A DNA stretch of 64,000 nt from a bacterium (lineage in GTDB: Bacteria; UBA8248): the NCBI GenBank assembly GCA_965261085.1, contig OZ253442.1, positions 2,304,001 through 2,368,000 on the forward strand. The letters are read 5' to 3'. The position numbers were made by a program, and so were the translations under genes. The notes below the pieces were generated by a model. It had not been told where the DNA came from, did not search any database, and saw only the letters and a list, made by a program, of their open reading frames with translations. Position 1 is the first letter of the stretch. Each line of letters opens with the position of its first letter. Below are positions 53,694 to 62,578 of this stretch, one piece after another.

Positions 53694-55658
53694 TTGATCG
53701 CCATTCAGTTCGGACACTACAGCTTGCTGGCGTCGCTCGTCCTGGCGGTGTTCGCCATCGGCGCCCCCGTCATCGGGGTCCGATTGCGCAGGGCCGACCT
53801 CATCGCCGCGGGGCGAAACGCCGCTGTCGGTGTTTTCTGGCTGGTGAGCGGCGCGAGCGCGGCTCTCGTCTATTTGCTCATGGCGCGCGACTACCGCGTT
53901 GAGTACGTGGCGGGACACGTCAACAACACGCTCAATGGTTTTTATCGCTTCAGTGCGTTCTGGGGAGGGCAGGAGGGAAGCCTGCTGCTCTGGCTTTTTC
54001 TTTTGTGTGTGTTTTCGTTCGTCCTCATCCGGCAAAACCGTGACAGAAACCTGGAGTTAATGCCCTATGTAACGGCCACGCTGATGGCCACGGCGTTGTT
54101 CTTCCTGATTATTCTCAATTTCGTCACTCCGCCTTTTGACACCCTCGCCACTCCGCCCGCGGATGGACGCGGCCTGAACCCTCTCCTGCAGGACTGGGGG
54201 ATGGTGATTCACCCGCCCAACCTGTATCTGGGCTATGTGGGTTTCGCCGTGCCCTTCGCCTTTTGCATCGGCGCTCTGGCGAGCGGGAAGCTCGACACCG
54301 ACTGGATTACCTCGACGCGGCGCTGGACGCTGTTCGCCTGGTTCTTCAATGGGGTCGGGATTCTGTTGGGAGGCGCATGGGCCTACAAGGAGTTGGGCTG
54401 GGGCGGATACTGGGCGTGGGACCCGGTGGAGAACGCGAGCCTCATGCCCTGGCTCGTGGGAACAGCTTTTCTCCACTCGGTGATGATTCAGGAAAAACGC
54501 GGGATGCTCAAGGTCTGGAACGTCTCGCTCATCATCATCACCTACGCCCTCACGATTTTCGGCACCTTTCTCACGAGAAGCGGCATCATCTCGAGTGTCC
54601 ACGCTTTTGCGGACTCAACGTTCGGCTGGGCGTTCCTGGTCTACCTGCTCGTGGCGCTCGTGGTCTCTTTCGGCCTGGTGATATGGCGTCTGCCCGAACT
54701 TCAGAGCGAACACGAGATGGAGAGCTTCTTCTCGCGGGAGGCGAGTTTTCTGCTCAACAACGTCGTGCTCGTCGGTATCACGTTCGCCGTCTTCTGGGGG
54801 ACGATTTTTCCGGTGGTATCGGAGGCCGTAAAGGGCGTCAAGGTCACCGTGGGGCCGCCGTTTTTCAATCAGGTGAACGTGCCGATAGGGCTTTTGCTGA
54901 TTTTTCTTTGCGGCGCGGGCCCTCTTTTCGCATGGCGCAGGACCTCACGAAAACAGATGAACAGGAGTTTCGTCTATCCTTCGGTGGTGGCCGTGGGCGC
55001 CCTGGCCGTTCTGGTGCTCTTTGGTGTTCACCACGTCTACGCGGCGCTCGCGTTCGGCTTGAGCGCGTTCGTGGTGGGAACGATCACTTTAGAGTATTGG
55101 AGAGGAATCTCCTCGCGCGTGCGTCACCAGGGGGAGAGCATCGTCCAAGCCGCGTGGGAACTCACCATGCGCAACAAGAGGCGATTCGGGGGCTACATCG
55201 TCCACTTGGGAATGGCGATATTGTTCGTAGGGATAGCGGCGTCTTCCGCCTATCAGGAGGTGGGCGAGGTGCGCCTGCGCCTGGGCGAGAGTTTCGCGCT
55301 AAACGGCGTGCGGATGCGCTATGAGGGGATTCGCGAGAACGCAACGCCGCAATACCGCTCCGCCTTCGCGCGCCTGGGCGTCTACCGGGCGGGATATCGC
55401 ATCGGGGAGGTGGAGCCGGAGAAGAGGCTCTATTTCACCCCCCCGCAGCCGACGACCGAGCCCGGCATCCGTCGCGGCGCGCGTTCGGATATTTACGCCG
55501 TCTTCGCCGAGGCGGACCCCGACGGCACGGCAACGTTCAAGTTCATGGTCAACCCGCTGGTGAACTGGGTGTGGGCGGGAGGCGTTGTATTCACGCTCGG
55601 CGCCATCATTTGCTTTTTGCCCGAGCGATGGGGCCGGCGAAGAAAAAAGCAGGCCTAG
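53694..55658 (+). CDS. ccmF: Cytochrome c heme lyase
   Basis: WGGQEGSLLLW, DGRGLNPLLQ, HPPNLYLGY, WAYKELGWGGYWAWDPVENAS, LTRSGIISSVHAF, NPLVNWVWAG. Confidence 0.96.
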   Translation: MIAIQFGHYSLLASLVLAVFAIGAPVIGVRLRRADLIAAGRNAAVGVFWLVSGASAALVYLLMARDYRVEYVAGHVNNTLNGFYRFSAFWGGQEGSLLLWLFLLCVFSFVLIRQNRDRNLELMPYVTATLMATALFFLIILNFVTPPFDTLATPPADGRGLNPLLQDWGMVIHPPNLYLGYVGFAVPFAFCIGALASGKLDTDWITSTRRWTLFAWFFNGVGILLGGAWAYKELGWGGYWAWDPVENASLMPWLVGTAFLHSVMIQEKRGMLKVWNVSLIIITYALTIFGTFLTRSGIISSVHAFADSTFGWAFLVYLLVALVVSFGLVIWRLPELQSEHEMESFFSREASFLLNNVVLVGITFAVFWGTIFPVVSEAVKGVKVTVGPPFFNQVNVPIGLLLIFLCGAGPLFAWRRTSRKQMNRSFVYPSVVAVGALAVLVLFGVHHVYAALAFGLSAFVVGTITLEYWRGISSRVRHQGESIVQAAWELTMRNKRRFGGYIVHLGMAILFVGIAASSAYQEVGEVRLRLGESFALNGVRMRYEGIRENATPQYRSAFARLGVYRAGYRIGEVEPEKRLYFTPPQPTTEPGIRRGARSDIYAVFAEADPDGTATFKFMVNPLVNWVWAGGVVFTLGAIICFLPERWGRRRKKQA

Positions 55659-55661
55659 AGC

Positions 55662-56270
55662 ATGGAGATTCTGGGGGTCATCATCGCTTGCGGAGCCGTC
55701 GGCACCGCTTTTTTCTACACCATCTGGCCCATCATGCGTCCCCATGCGGCCTCGGGCGTACTGCCCGATGAGGAAAACGCGCAGTCGCTTTCGAATCGCG
55801 AGTTGATGCTGCTGTTGATGGAGCGCGAGCAGGCCTACAAGAACATCATGGACATCGAGTTCGATAAGGAAATGGGAAAGCTCTCGGATGAAGATTATGC
55901 CCAGATGATGACGCCCGCCCGCGCGCAGGCGGTGGAGGTGCTCAGGCGCCTCGACGCCAGAGGGGTGAAGGAGGGGATGGCGCCCCTTCAGATGAACGAA
56001 CGCGAGGCGGCGCAGGCGGCGACCCAACTTGAGGCGAAACGTCCGTCTTCTAGGAAAGCGGACGTCAAAAAATCACCGTTGCTCGATGAGCGTTTGGAGG
56101 CGGAAATCCTGAGCTACAGAAAACAGGCGGAGAAAGCTCAGGACGATTCGCCCGATTCGGCACCTGATGAACAATCGAAAAGTATAAAACCCCGGTTTTG
56201 CGCCTCGTGCGGAATCGCCGTGGATGAAACGGATAATTTTTGCTCCGCCTGTGGGCATCAGATAAATTGA
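55662..56270 (+). CDS. Membrane-anchored protein with a CcmI-like N-terminal helical motif and a C-terminal zinc ribbon
   Basis: TM helix, EREQAYKNIMDIEFDKEMGKLSDEDY, and C-terminal FCASCG...FCSACG. Confidence 0.75.
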   Translation: MEILGVIIACGAVGTAFFYTIWPIMRPHAASGVLPDEENAQSLSNRELMLLLMEREQAYKNIMDIEFDKEMGKLSDEDYAQMMTPARAQAVEVLRRLDARGVKEGMAPLQMNEREAAQAATQLEAKRPSSRKADVKKSPLLDERLEAEILSYRKQAEKAQDDSPDSAPDEQSKSIKPRFCASCGIAVDETDNFCSACGHQIN

Positions 56271-57169
56271 AGCGCGTCGGGCCCGCTCGAATCTTTATCT
56301 TCTTGAGCTTATTCCTGCTCTGTTCCCCGCCCGTCTTCTCATACGCGGGACCGGCGAAACTCGAGGCCGCACCTCCCAGGGAAAGCGCCAAAGTCTCCGG
56401 CCCCACGACGACGGACCTGTCCCGGCTGAAGCTCAAGCGCAACATCGTCACCATCCGGCTGGATAAGGGTTTTTTCGAGTTTGTGGAGATGGTGGATTTC
56501 GAGAACGAGGGGAGCACCACCATTGTCTCGAAAGGCGGCGCCCCCACGCTGCGATTCACTTTGCCGAAGAGCAGCAACATCAGAAACCCCCGGGCGCGCT
56601 GGGGTGCAGCGCCCGCCGGGCTGGACCCTAAATTCCTCACCTCGGCTGGGGATGAACTCCAGACGAGAGAGCCCATCCCGCCGGGGCGGAAATTCATCGT
56701 CCTGCTCTATCGCCTGGAGGATGAATTCGGCGGCATCAGGGTGGAGAAGCCGATTCTCTACGACACGCCGAGTTTCGCCGTCCTGCACGAGAAGGACCGC
56801 GTGCAGGCCTCAGCACCGGACCTTTCCGTGCAGCCTGCCGTCAAGTTTCAGGACAGGGAATACAATCGCTTCGTGGGGACCGCCAGTGCGGGCACCGTGG
56901 TGCGCATCGACATGCAGGCGCCCGATTCGATGGGCGGCCTCGGGGTATTCTATATCGTGGGCGGGGTCGTGGTCGTCTTGAGCCTGGGGTTGGGACTTTA
57001 CGTTCGCAAAAAAAGGAATGCGGCCTACTCTGCCCAGGTGGAACGCGAGGAGATACTGCGCACTATCGCTTTGCTGGACGACAGGCTCTCGGCGAGAGAT
57101 ATCTCTCCCGATGAACACGCCCGGGAGCGAGCCCCGCGTTTTGAACGCTTAAAAGAACTCTCGGACTAA
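56240..57169 (+). CDS. Hypothetical exported membrane-anchored protein in the ccm operon
   Basis: Signal peptide, beta-rich periplasmic domain, C-terminal TM helix, then EREEILRTIALLDD...GDIS-like helical motif. The start may be TTG 56267. Confidence 0.65.
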   Translation: MLRLWASDKLKRVGPARIFIFLSLFLLCSPPVFSYAGPAKLEAAPPRESAKVSGPTTTDLSRLKLKRNIVTIRLDKGFFEFVEMVDFENEGSTTIVSKGGAPTLRFTLPKSSNIRNPRARWGAAPAGLDPKFLTSAGDELQTREPIPPGRKFIVLLYRLEDEFGGIRVEKPILYDTPSFAVLHEKDRVQASAPDLSVQPAVKFQDREYNRFVGTASAGTVVRIDMQAPDSMGGLGVFYIVGGVVVVLSLGLGLYVRKKRNAAYSAQVEREEILRTIALLDDRLSARDISPDEHARERAPRFERLKELSD

Positions 57170-57182
57170 GAGGGCGGATGCC

Positions 57183-57887
57183 ATGCTGGAGGCTCTTGGC
57201 GTATCGAGACGATACGGATGGAGGTGGGCGCTCAAGGATTTGAACCTCGCCGTCTCCCCCGGGGAGACGCTCGCTCTTTTGGGCAAAAACGGCTCGGGCA
57301 AGACCACTCTTCTCAAGACTTTAGCCGGTTTGCTGAGGCCCACAGAGGGGGCGGTGAGAATATCCGGCCAGCCGATTTCCCGCGAGGCGAAAGAAAGAAT
57401 CGGCCTGCTCTCTCACGAGCCCATGCTCTATGCGGGGCTCACGATCCGGGAAAATCTCAACTACTTCGCCAAGCTCTTTGGCGTGGAGAGCGGAGAAATA
57501 CCGGGACGTGTGGATCTATTGGCGAAAACTCTCGCTATTTCAGAGCGTCTCGATGAGCCCGTGCGAGTCTTGAGTCAAGGACTCAGACAGAGAGCGGCGC
57601 TTGCGCGCGCGCTTTTGCACGAACCCGATATCGTGCTGCTCGATGAGCCTTTCTCCGGCCTCGACCCCGAAGCGGCCGGACGCCTGGAGAGCGTCGTGCG
57701 CGCGCTTTGCGAGCGTCGCGAACGCATCGTGGTGTTCACGACGCACGATGTATCAAAAGCTTTTGAGATAGCGCAGAGAATCGCCGTTTTGGCCGGGGGC
57801 AGGCTCGTCTATGTGGAAGATATAGAAAATACGAGCGAAGTAGAGGTGTTGGCCGCGTTCGATGAATTCACCGGAAGCTCGGCATGA
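57183..57887 (+). CDS. ccmA: Heme ABC exporter ATPase
   Basis: GKNGSGKTT, LSQGLRQR, LLDEPFSGLD, TTH, within the ccm operon. Confidence 0.9.
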   Translation: MLEALGVSRRYGWRWALKDLNLAVSPGETLALLGKNGSGKTTLLKTLAGLLRPTEGAVRISGQPISREAKERIGLLSHEPMLYAGLTIRENLNYFAKLFGVESGEIPGRVDLLAKTLAISERLDEPVRVLSQGLRQRAALARALLHEPDIVLLDEPFSGLDPEAAGRLESVVRALCERRERIVVFTTHDVSKAFEIAQRIAVLAGGRLVYVEDIENTSEVEVLAAFDEFTGSSA

Positions 57888-58573
57888 AGCGTTTTTTTTC
57901 CGTCCTACTCGCGGTGGTGGAAAAGGATTTGCGCCTCGAATGGCGGACGAAGGAAAGCCTCCTCGTCATGGTGGTTTTTGCGCTTTTGGTGCTCACGCTG
58001 TTTAGCTTCGCCTTCGGCCCCGGTGGCGGGAGCGGGGAGAACGCCCGCGCCGTGCAGGCGGGAGTCTTGTGGATATCGTTTTTATTCGCCTGCGTCATCG
58101 GGCTGTCACGAACCATGGGCGTGGAGCGCGAAAGCAGTGGGTTTTCGGCCATGTACGCGAGTCCGTCGGACCCCTCCGCGCTGTATCTGGGCAAAGTGGT
58201 GTCCGTGGCTGTTTTGATGGGGATAATGGAGTTGGCAGGCTTCGCCGTTTTGGCCGTTCTCTATCAAGCAGATGTATGGAAATCGACCGGTGCGCTCGCG
58301 CTCGTCGCCGTCTCCGCCACCATTGGAATCGCGGCCTCTGGCACCTTGTTCTCCGCCATGAGCACCCGTACGCGAACGCGCGAGGTCTTGCTGCCCGTTT
58401 TGATGTTTCCCGCCCTCGTGCCCGTTCTGATCGCCGCCGTCAAGGCGACCGAAGCCCATCTCGGAGGTGGTGGGTGGGCGGATTCAAGGGATTGGATTCG
58501 CTTGATGTTGGTGTATGATGTGGTATTCTTGGTGGCCGCATCGATGGTTTTTGAATATATATTAGAAGAATGA
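57884..58573 (+). CDS. ccmB: Heme exporter permease
   Basis: KDLRLEWR, GVLWI, ERE, LYLGK, REVLLPVLMFP..VPVLI. Confidence 0.92.
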   Translation: MKRFFSVLLAVVEKDLRLEWRTKESLLVMVVFALLVLTLFSFAFGPGGGSGENARAVQAGVLWISFLFACVIGLSRTMGVERESSGFSAMYASPSDPSALYLGKVVSVAVLMGIMELAGFAVLAVLYQADVWKSTGALALVAVSATIGIAASGTLFSAMSTRTRTREVLLPVLMFPALVPVLIAAVKATEAHLGGGGWADSRDWIRLMLVYDVVFLVAASMVFEYILEE

Positions 58574-58652
58574 TATCAATGACTTATATGAAATATATTA
58601 TGAAAATACTTTATATATCGCCGCCGTTTTGCGCCGCCGGGAGGGGGGCTTG

Positions 58653-59348
58653 ATGGATCGAAAAGAGCGGGGAGCGTTCGGGTGGCTGCCGATTCTCACC
58701 TTATGCGTTCTTGCTTTCGCCATTTTCGCGGATTTGTTCATCGCCGGCACCGACAGGCTCCAGGGGCCGCCGCAGCGGATTTTCTACATCCACGTGCCCT
58801 CGGCCTGGGTGGCGTTTTTCGCCTTTTTCCTCGTGTTCGTCTTCTCGATTAAATATCTGGTGAAAAGGAACCCGGACGACGACATCAGAGCGCATGCCTG
58901 CGCGGAGGCGGGGGTCGTCTTCTGCACGCTGGTGCTCATCACCGGACCCATCTGGGCGCGCCCTGTCTGGGGCGTATGGTGGACGTGGGACGCGCGGCTC
59001 ACTACCACGCTCATCCTCTGGATGATATATGTGGGTTATCTCATGTTGCGCGCCTACATGACCGAACCCGAACAAAGAGCGCGTTTCGCCGCCGTGATGG
59101 GGATCGTTGGTTTTTTGAACGTGCCCATCGTGCACATGTCGGTGGAATGGTGGCGCACGCTGCATCCCAAGCCCGTGGTGATACGCTCTGGCGGGTTGCG
59201 GGAATTGCCCGATTCCATGCACGTTGCGCTGTGGAGCTCCTTGTTGGCCTTTACGCTCCTGTTCGTGTGTTTCGTCAGAAAACGTGCGCAGATAGAGCGT
59301 CTGAACGTGCGGGTGGAAGAGGCGCGCGCCGCGCGGGAGGGGGGATGA
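58653..59348 (+). CDS. ccmC: Heme exporter protein C
   Basis: RIFYIHVPSAW, TGPIWARPVWGVWWTWDARLT (WWD domain), SVEWWRTLHP. Confidence 0.95.
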   Translation: MDRKERGAFGWLPILTLCVLAFAIFADLFIAGTDRLQGPPQRIFYIHVPSAWVAFFAFFLVFVFSIKYLVKRNPDDDIRAHACAEAGVVFCTLVLITGPIWARPVWGVWWTWDARLTTTLILWMIYVGYLMLRAYMTEPEQRARFAAVMGIVGFLNVPIVHMSVEWWRTLHPKPVVIRSGGLRELPDSMHVALWSSLLAFTLLFVCFVRKRAQIERLNVRVEEARAAREGG

Positions 59349-59479
59349 TGGGCTACGTGACGGCGGCGTACATCGTCGTATTGGGCGGGTTTGCGCTTTA
59401 TTGGTGGATTCTCAAGGCGCGGATGGATATTTTGATCCAGGAGGAGAAAAAACTTAAGCCCCAGGGAGATTCTCCATGA
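59345..59479 (+). CDS. ccmD: Heme exporter protein D (44 aa)
   Basis: MMGYVTAAYIVVLGGFALYWWILKARMDILIQEEKKLKPQGDSP: Y..AAY motif, TM helix and charged tail. Overlaps the ccmC stop and the ccmH start. Confidence 0.8.
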   Translation: MMGYVTAAYIVVLGGFALYWWILKARMDILIQEEKKLKPQGDSP

Positions 59480-59964
59480 TGCGCTTTTGGCTCGCGGTGT
59501 GTCTCGTGGCGGCTTTGAATCCGTATCAGGAGGCGCAAGCCGCGTCGCCGGGGGCAAAGACCACCTTCTCAGAAGTGGCGGGCGCCCTGATGAGCCCCGT
59601 TTGTCCGGGGAAATTACTGCATGACTGCCCGAGCAGCGAGGGAGCCCAGCTCAGAGAGCTCGTGCGCCGCAAGATATTCGCCGGGGAGACGAAAGAGCAG
59701 ATCGTCCGGTATTTCGTCGAAGTATACGGCCGGGAAGTCCTGCCGAAACCCCCGGCGGAGGGTTTTTATCTCACCGCCTGGCTTCTTCCTTTCGGGGGGC
59801 TGCTGGCGGGCTTCGGCGTGGTCTTCGTCCTGGTGAGAGCGTGGACGAGACGCCCCGAAGACGCTGAACCAAGCGGGCAGAGGGAAGAAGTTCCGCAAGA
59901 CGCCGCCTCGGATGACCCCCTGGAAAATCGCCTGAGACGTGAGCTTGGTGATTTCGAGGGTTGA
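59476..59964 (+). CDS. ccmH: CcmH/CycL family protein (variant Cys motif)
   Basis: LMSPVCPGKLLHDCP, GETKEQIVRYFVEVYGREVLPKPP, AWLLP. Confidence 0.85.
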   Translation: MMRFWLAVCLVAALNPYQEAQAASPGAKTTFSEVAGALMSPVCPGKLLHDCPSSEGAQLRELVRRKIFAGETKEQIVRYFVEVYGREVLPKPPAEGFYLTAWLLPFGGLLAGFGVVFVLVRAWTRRPEDAEPSGQREEVPQDAASDDPLENRLRRELGDFEG

Positions 59965-60680
59965 GCCGCTATTTCCCGCGAGCCGGGAGTTATTTGATGA
60001 AGTACAATCCTAAAACTGAACTCGCCAGAAGTCTCGATGGACTCTCGAGGCCCCGCCGGAGCATCAAGTGGCGCCTCATCGGAATGCTGATCAGCCTCGT
60101 CCTGCTTGTTTGGGCGATGATTTATTTGGGCAATCAAGGTACGGCGCCGACGCAGGAGGTCGAGACAAAACAGGCGCAGGTAAAGCGCACGGAGCGTGCA
60201 GGCGATGACGCCGCCCTGTACCGCGACATGAGTTTTTTGAAGCAGGCGAAGCGTGCCGATGCGCCGGTTGTTTTATTGAGAACGCTGGATGGACAGAACC
60301 ATTCACTCAAGCAGTATGCCGGTAAGATCGTCCTGGTGAATTTCTGGGCGACGTGGTGCCAGCCGTGCATCCGGGAAATGCCATCGATGGAACGACTTTA
60401 TGCGAAATACAAGCCACAAGGCCTCGAGATCGTGGCGATATCGCTGGACCAGGGCAATGAGGATGATGTGCGCGAATTCGTTGCGAAGTACAAGCTGACT
60501 TTCCCCATCGTCTTAGACCCCGAGCACAAGGCGAAGGCGCTCTACAAGGTACGGGGCCTGCCGACGACGTATCTCGTGGACAGAAAAGGCCTCGTGGCGG
60601 GCTACGGCGCAGGTCCCCGCGAATGGGACAGCGAGGCCGCCTTCGCTTTGGTGGGGCACCTGCTCGATGAGAAAAGCTGA
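59961..60680 (+). CDS. TlpA/ResA/CcmG-like thiol-disulfide oxidoreductase
   Basis: TM anchor, VNFWATWCQPCIREMP, GLPTTYLVD. Confidence 0.92.
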   Translation: MSRYFPRAGSYLMKYNPKTELARSLDGLSRPRRSIKWRLIGMLISLVLLVWAMIYLGNQGTAPTQEVETKQAQVKRTERAGDDAALYRDMSFLKQAKRADAPVVLLRTLDGQNHSLKQYAGKIVLVNFWATWCQPCIREMPSMERLYAKYKPQGLEIVAISLDQGNEDDVREFVAKYKLTFPIVLDPEHKAKALYKVRGLPTTYLVDRKGLVAGYGAGPREWDSEAAFALVGHLLDEKS

Positions 60681-61275
60681 AAGTATGGACGCCTCGAAAA
60701 GTTCGAGCTCCGACCGGCGAAAGGCGAAGCGGCTGGCCGTTACGTTCATTCTGACGCCGGTGCTGCTGACGCTGCTCTGGGCGGTGGGTGAGCGCCTGAC
60801 GACCGAACACGTCGAGGAAGCGCCCGCGCCCAACCTGGAAATCGGCGACCAGGCCCCACTCTTCGTATATCCGCTCCTGGGAGGGGGGAGCACCTCCCTG
60901 ACGGGCCAGAAGAACAAGGTGGTGCTCATCAACGTGTGGGCCACGTGGTGCGTCCCGTGCCTGGACGAGATGCCGGACTTACAGCGCCTCTACGCCAGAA
61001 TGAAAAAAGAAGGTGCGCCGTTCGAGATACTGGCGGTGAGCATCGACGCCCTGGGGGCGGACGCAGTCCAAAAATTCGTCGAGCGCTTCGGCCTCACGTT
61101 CCCGATTCTTCTGGACCCGCGCGGGAGCATCAAGAAGCTCTACCGCACGACCGGCGTGCCGGAAACCTTCATCGTGGATTCGCAGGGACGTCTCTTGCAG
61201 AAAATAATCGGCGCCCGTAAATGGGACGCGCCTGCGGTCGTCAGTTACCTCAAACAAGCGGCTCGGCAGTCCTGA
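60667..61275 (+). CDS. Second TlpA/ResA/CcmG-like thiol-disulfide oxidoreductase
   Basis: TM anchor, INVWATWCVPCLDEMP, GVPETFIVD. Confidence 0.92.
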   Translation: MRKAESMDASKSSSSDRRKAKRLAVTFILTPVLLTLLWAVGERLTTEHVEEAPAPNLEIGDQAPLFVYPLLGGGSTSLTGQKNKVVLINVWATWCVPCLDEMPDLQRLYARMKKEGAPFEILAVSIDALGADAVQKFVERFGLTFPILLDPRGSIKKLYRTTGVPETFIVDSQGRLLQKIIGARKWDAPAVVSYLKQAARQS

Positions 61276-61305
61276 ATAAACCGAACGAGTGTCCCTTCAA
61301 AAGCA

Positions 61306-62403
61306 TCAAAGCTCAAAGCCGAGTTCGAGTTCCTCGTTCAGCCTTTGCATCTGCTCCAGGACGGCGGGCGTGATGGGGATGCCGATTCGCCTGTTTTCCT
61401 CCTCGGCAATCGCTTCGGGCTCGCCGTGAATATAGATGCGATCGTGGCCCGGCGCTTTTTTCGCCCCCCGGATGGTCTCGAAGAGTTTTGTCATATCCCC
61501 GAATATGGCGGATAAGTCCCTGAAGCCGGACGTCTTGATCGCGCCCATGAAGTGGCCCGTAGCGGATTTCGCCTTGCCTGCCGCGCCCGCCAGGCGGCTT
61601 TCCAGACCCGCGCCCGAGAGTACGCCGCACAGAATATCCACCATCAACTGGAGGCCGTAGCCCTTGTGGCCCCCGTTCTCGTCTCCCTCGCCGCCTAAGG
61701 GCGCAAGAGGCACCTCGTAGTTCAGTATGCTCTTATCGTTCAGGGTGGGCGTTCCCATGGAGGAGAGCACCCAGCTTTTGGGGACTTCGCGTCCCTCGCG
61801 GAGCGCCGTCTCTATTTTGCCCACGGCCGTTACGGCGGTGGCCATGTCGAGATGAAAATCGGTTCCTCCCGGCCCGCCCGGTATCGCCACGCTCATCGGG
61901 TTGGTGCCGAAGATCGCCTCCGCCCCGAAGGTGGGCGCGGTGCGGCGTCCGCCGTTCGTCATGCTGATGCCGATGAAGCCCGCCTCCATCGCCTTTTTCG
62001 CCCAATAGCCCGCATAGCCGAAGTGGCTGCTGTTGCGGACGGTCACGAAGCCCGAACCGTGTTTTTCCGCCATGGCGAGGGCCTCGTCCATCGCGCGGTT
62101 CGAGGCGACGATGCCTATGGCGTCGTCCGCGTCGAGAAGGCCGGTGGTGTCGCTCCCCTGGTAGAATTTCATGTCGGGCCTGTTGTTCAGTACGCCGTTT
62201 TCGAGGCGAACCATGAAAAAGCTCAGCCGCGCCGCCCCGTGGCTGCGGATGCCTCTTAAATCGGCGCTGACCAATACTTTCGCCACGAGGTGGGCGTCAT
62301 CCTCGGGCACGTCCTGGCTGCGGAATATGGTGTAGACGAACTCTTCGATGACTTCTGAGGGAAAACGCACTGTTCCTTCGGGCAGTGGACCGGATTCGAC
62401 CAT
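61306..62403 (-). CDS. Ldh_2 family oxidoreductase
   Basis: ADLRGIRSHG, NSSHFG, GTNPMSVA, LDMAT, GHKGYGL, IYIHGEPE. Confidence 0.92.
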   Translation of the reverse strand: MVESGPLPEGTVRFPSEVIEEFVYTIFRSQDVPEDDAHLVAKVLVSADLRGIRSHGAARLSFFMVRLENGVLNNRPDMKFYQGSDTTGLLDADDAIGIVASNRAMDEALAMAEKHGSGFVTVRNSSHFGYAGYWAKKAMEAGFIGISMTNGGRRTAPTFGAEAIFGTNPMSVAIPGGPGGTDFHLDMATAVTAVGKIETALREGREVPKSWVLSSMGTPTLNDKSILNYEVPLAPLGGEGDENGGHKGYGLQLMVDILCGVLSGAGLESRLAGAAGKAKSATGHFMGAIKTSGFRDLSAIFGDMTKLFETIRGAKKAPGHDRIYIHGEPEAIAEEENRRIGIPITPAVLEQMQRLNEELELGFEL

Positions 62404-62578
62404 GAGAATCTCCTCGAAAAATTTTTGATTTTTGATGCTGTGCGATTGTTACGCCATATTAGCCCGTCTTTGCATTTTTCGGGAAGTCGCGCCGGGTTGC
62501 GCCGCGCCTTGCGGGTTGCGCTTGGGTTTTGTCAAAATGCGCTTCTTTTCAGGATATGCGCTCGTAAACAGGGGAGAG

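Noticed and set aside
58976-59344. Long N-terminal extension of the track ORF containing ccmD
   Set aside because: It overlaps ccmC out of frame. Only the last 44 aa, from ATG 59345, look like CcmD.
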